The notes beneath the pieces are model-generated. The model saw nothing but the letters and a program-made list of their open reading frames with translations, was not told where the DNA came from and did no database searches. The position numbers and the translations under genes were made by a program. A stretch of 64,000 nt of DNA, from assembly GCA_045837725.1 (NCBI GenBank), contig JBEWZL010000152.1, forward strand, positions 310,001 to 374,000, written 5' to 3'. Positions 60,450 to 64,000 of the stretch are shown one piece after another. Origin of the DNA: Vermamoeba vermiformis. Lineage: Eukaryota. Position 1 is the stretch's first letter; each line of letters begins with the position of its first letter.

Positions 60450-61394
60450 TGGCTGCTAATCTTGTTCGAACATTTTTTACTTAATTAGGAAATTTGTTGC
60501 AACTAGTGGTTGCAATTCGGAACGCTAAGCCCAGTAGGGCCCTTACACCCTATTCTCCAAATTTGTTGCTCTAGGATATATTTTCCGACCTCTATACCTT
60601 TGTTCTAATTTGTTTCTCGTTCAGATTTTGTTTATTCGGCATCCGAGGCCTATTACACAACGGATGTGCACCAACCTCTGAGCTGGACAGCTAGCAACAA
60701 CAATACGTCACTTGTGAACCATGAGGCACAACAAACCCGTCATAAAATGAGTATTACGCAGATTGTACAAAACTAAATTACGAGCTTCGTAAGCTTGACT
60801 CACTTTGTAAATTAGAATTTTGACCCCATGTATATAATAAACACTCGTGTTTAATTCGGTATCTCGCTGAATTTACTGATAGCAAATCACTAAAATATTG
60901 AGATTTCTCGGATCTGAGATTGCTCCAGTAACCGGTCAATATTGAACGTTTAAGACACGATTTGTTTACATCATTCGCTCTCATCGCCGCCTGCACGAAT
61001 TATCGGACCAGAACGAGTCATTATTTTGATTCATTGCGTTGCGGTTTCATTTCGCGTTCCCGCGTTGCCTTTGCAATTAGGTTCGAAGATTGGTTGCAGA
61101 CGGCTGTCAAAACTAAAAATGTAGCTAATCTAGTGATATTTAAGTGAAAGAAACCAATTCTAAACATTACAGATAGATGACACCTACCGAAATGACTAAA
61201 ACTACGGAAATAATTACCTTCCGCCATCTAAAAATATGATCTCGGACAAATAGAGAAATCAAAATGTAAATTCTTTCGGTTTACACCGTCTTTGAATCGA
61301 AATAATCTAAAAATGGGGTGGATCTTCTTGAACACAAAAACCGCTGTATTTTCCGTTCTTGTAACAAAAGTATTTATAGGCCAAGTCTACACTA

Positions 61395-63951
61395 TTACTT
61401 CTTCATAGCCGTCTCTTCTACCCAGAATCTAGCTCTATGGTCGTCGCTGTTCAATATACCAAATCAATATTTTGTGCGCTCCGAAGTTTTATTAATAAAA
61501 TATTTACCTGCACGTCATGATGAACGGATCGACTGGAGAAGCAGCAATCCACCGCACGACTTGCGCGTGACCGGTCAACTTCTGCACTTGTTCGGCGCCC
61601 TACACGAACAAAATTTCGATTAAAATCCATGTAAAATTAAAACGCGTGATCTGCCGCTTGAGCGAGTGATTCGTTGCAACACGATGAAAGCACGATGCAT
61701 ACCCTAGTGTCCCACACTGTCACGGTGCTCGAGTTTTCTTCAGCAGTAAAGATCCAGTCTTCGTTGAATGAGAAACAAGTTTGAAGCCTATTTTTACCAA
61801 TTCTTAGTTTAGCTTTAAGGCGGAGATGTTGCGCAAGTTAAAATAATTCCGCAGTAAAGTAGTACTACGCTTCTTTTATAGTATAACGTTGTGAATATGC
61901 TAAAATTACCTTATTTTTTGCACCTGATTGTGTTGTGCCGCAGATCCGGTCATTATTCGGGTCAGTTGCCGTGCTAGTCATGATGATATGTTAGCATGAT
62001 AAACTCCTTATATCACATTGAGCAACTTGACTATCAATTTACCTGTTGCTAAATCCCAAAGTTTCACTGAAGCATCTTTGCCGCAAGTCAGCAAGTATTT
62101 TCCATTTTTAGAAAATTGAACAGAATTGACCTAAATTTACGTTATTCTCTCCGTTGCAGATGCAAATGTGATTTTAACGATAAGAAAAGTAACGTACCTC
62201 TAATCCACCGTGAGCATTTGAAAAAGTCTGAACGCATCTGAAGCTGACGGTGTCCCAAAGCTTGATCTGCCCGTCCTTGCTGCACGAGGCAAATAATTTA
62301 CCATCGTGTCCATAGCGAATCTGCAATAAACGTAGACTATTAAATCATTGTTTCGAGTTTCAGTTTTTTTTGCCGTTCATGAACACTGTTTTGACAACTT
62401 AATGACGTTGACTTTTTTCTAAATATGGATATAATCCTAATACTTTTAATTACCGTATTACGTACTTGATTAATTGGGCCTAAGTGGTTACTTTCGCCAT
62501 TAGGAGAGACGTAGCATTGCAGCGTATTAATGTCGTACAATCGGATCAATGGATTGTCGGTGCCTGCAACAATGTAATCGCCTGATGGGTGAAATGAAAT
62601 CGACCGAATGTTGTTGGAATCCTTTAATCGAATATATTAGCTATTAAAAGTAAATTTTGATTGTGGCAAAAATAGATCCGTTTGTAATACGCGTGCTTGC
62701 GTAATTTGTCTAAATAAAGAAATGCCACGGGTTGTGATATCCAAGCGGATCTGCAACCGCAACGCAATTTCAGAAATATCTTAGTACTTAATTTGTCCGT
62801 AAAAACAATGGATTAAGCCCAGGGGTAAAATCTCCGTTCGCAGGAGATCTATCCGGTGATTGTTCTTACCTGTAAATATTTGAAAGATTTCTTCATGCTG
62901 GAGTGATAGTCGTAAAACTTGATCGTGTTGTCGCGCGAGGCAGAGGCCAAGAGCGGCAAGGTCGGATGAAAGTCGATGTCGTTGATGGCCTGCGTGTGGT
63001 CATATAACGTACGCAAGACTGGTCTCGCGCCTTGAAAGTCATCGCCGCCCTCGTTCTTAGATTGACTATAATTGACCATCTTTTGCACGTCTAGCAATTT
63101 AATTGAAGTATCAGCGGAACCCGTGGCAATAACTTTTCCATCAGGACTGAATTTAGCGCAACGGACTGAGTTCTTGTGTGTAGTGATAAATCGAGTTTGG
63201 TAGTTAGGATAGGGACGCTTAGATGCGGGCTCTATAATTTAATAAGACATGTCAGTTGGCAAAGAGTCGTATTAAAGTACATCAAATGTGTGTTGTCTTA
63301 ATTAGGATAACAACGAAATATTGCTTCATATTGACCATATTAATTACCTTGCAATTCCAAATCAAAGTCAACACCCTTGATCGCCTTCAAAGCTGACAGA
63401 TCGATCATGCCAGTTCCAAGATCTGAACTGTAGGCTATTAAATACAAGTATTAGAATGCTAGCCTTATTTAGAACCGTTCAAAATGTCAATCGCATACTT
63501 TCTAGTGATGAACCAGGCACGCGATCTTTTTCCAATGTAAGGCCGATCGCGACCAGAGTTTGTAATCTGTTTGTAGGTAATGCACTATTTGACGGTGCTA
63601 ATGTGGCATTTGATACAGCTGTAGCTGCGCCGTGATATCCATCGTCTTCCAATTGTCTGATAGAAAAAAATTAATTATCGATAGATCGGTTTCAATATGC
63701 TTGTAAATTATTTTAAAAATTACTGCCGATATAAAATATTACAGCATTAATAAAAATATGCGTAATCGGCCTAAACAAGTCCAACAAATCAAAATTAATA
63801 ATTTATTTTTCACGGTCTTGCAGATCCTCGAAATATACTCTAAATGCAATAAAATCATATATAGCATGTATTTTAATTTTTTTTGGCTTGTATTTTCATA
63901 CCTGACGATTAATTGGTAAAGTTGCCTTCGATCTTGTTCTTCGTTTTGCAT
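61395..63951 (-). CDS. CSTF1: Cleavage stimulation factor 50-kDa subunit (WD40)
   Basis: N-terminal RRQLYQLIVRQLEDDGY dimerisation motif, YQTRFITTHK...FSPDG...ATGSADTSIKLLDV, PVLRTLYDH and terminal DDHRARFW. Confidence 0.94.
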
Positions 63952-64000
63952 ATTCTCTATTTACTATAAATGTGGTTATTCGGGTATTAAGCACAGTAAA

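Overview
Gene-dense, intron-rich eukaryotic nuclear DNA from a protist. Introns are short and AT-rich with GTAAGT/GTACGT donors, CTAAC/CTAAT branch points and YAG acceptors. An amoebozoan-like source is inferred from gene content, not proven. Housekeeping genes: mitochondrial-type ALDH, NF1-like RasGAP, CDK5RAP1/MiaB, F-box-JmjC, a dual-specificity phosphatase, VPS55, a BRF-family TFIIB paralog, tRNA-Phe(GAA), NAA35/MAK10 and CSTF1. Accessory content: two tandem GIY-YIG + CCHC zinc-knuckle genes with a dispersed third fragment, two class C (GABA-B-like) GPCRs whose ectodomain is a bacterial ABC sugar-binding-protein fold, and several gene fragments. A ~36-47 kb block holds a Crinkler-like NTPase-nuclease, an H4 variant lacking K12/H18/K20, an N-terminally extended Cdc25 and a UBA1 paralog lacking its catalytic Cys. 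Two non-coding structured elements stand out, one in a CDK5RAP1 intron and one next to the tRNA, and a 12-bp palindrome recurs in four introns. About eleven single-base frameshifts, several in homopolymers and some in conserved genes, suggest assembly indel errors, so single-frameshift pseudogene calls are unsafe. All family assignments are from recalled motifs, not database searches.
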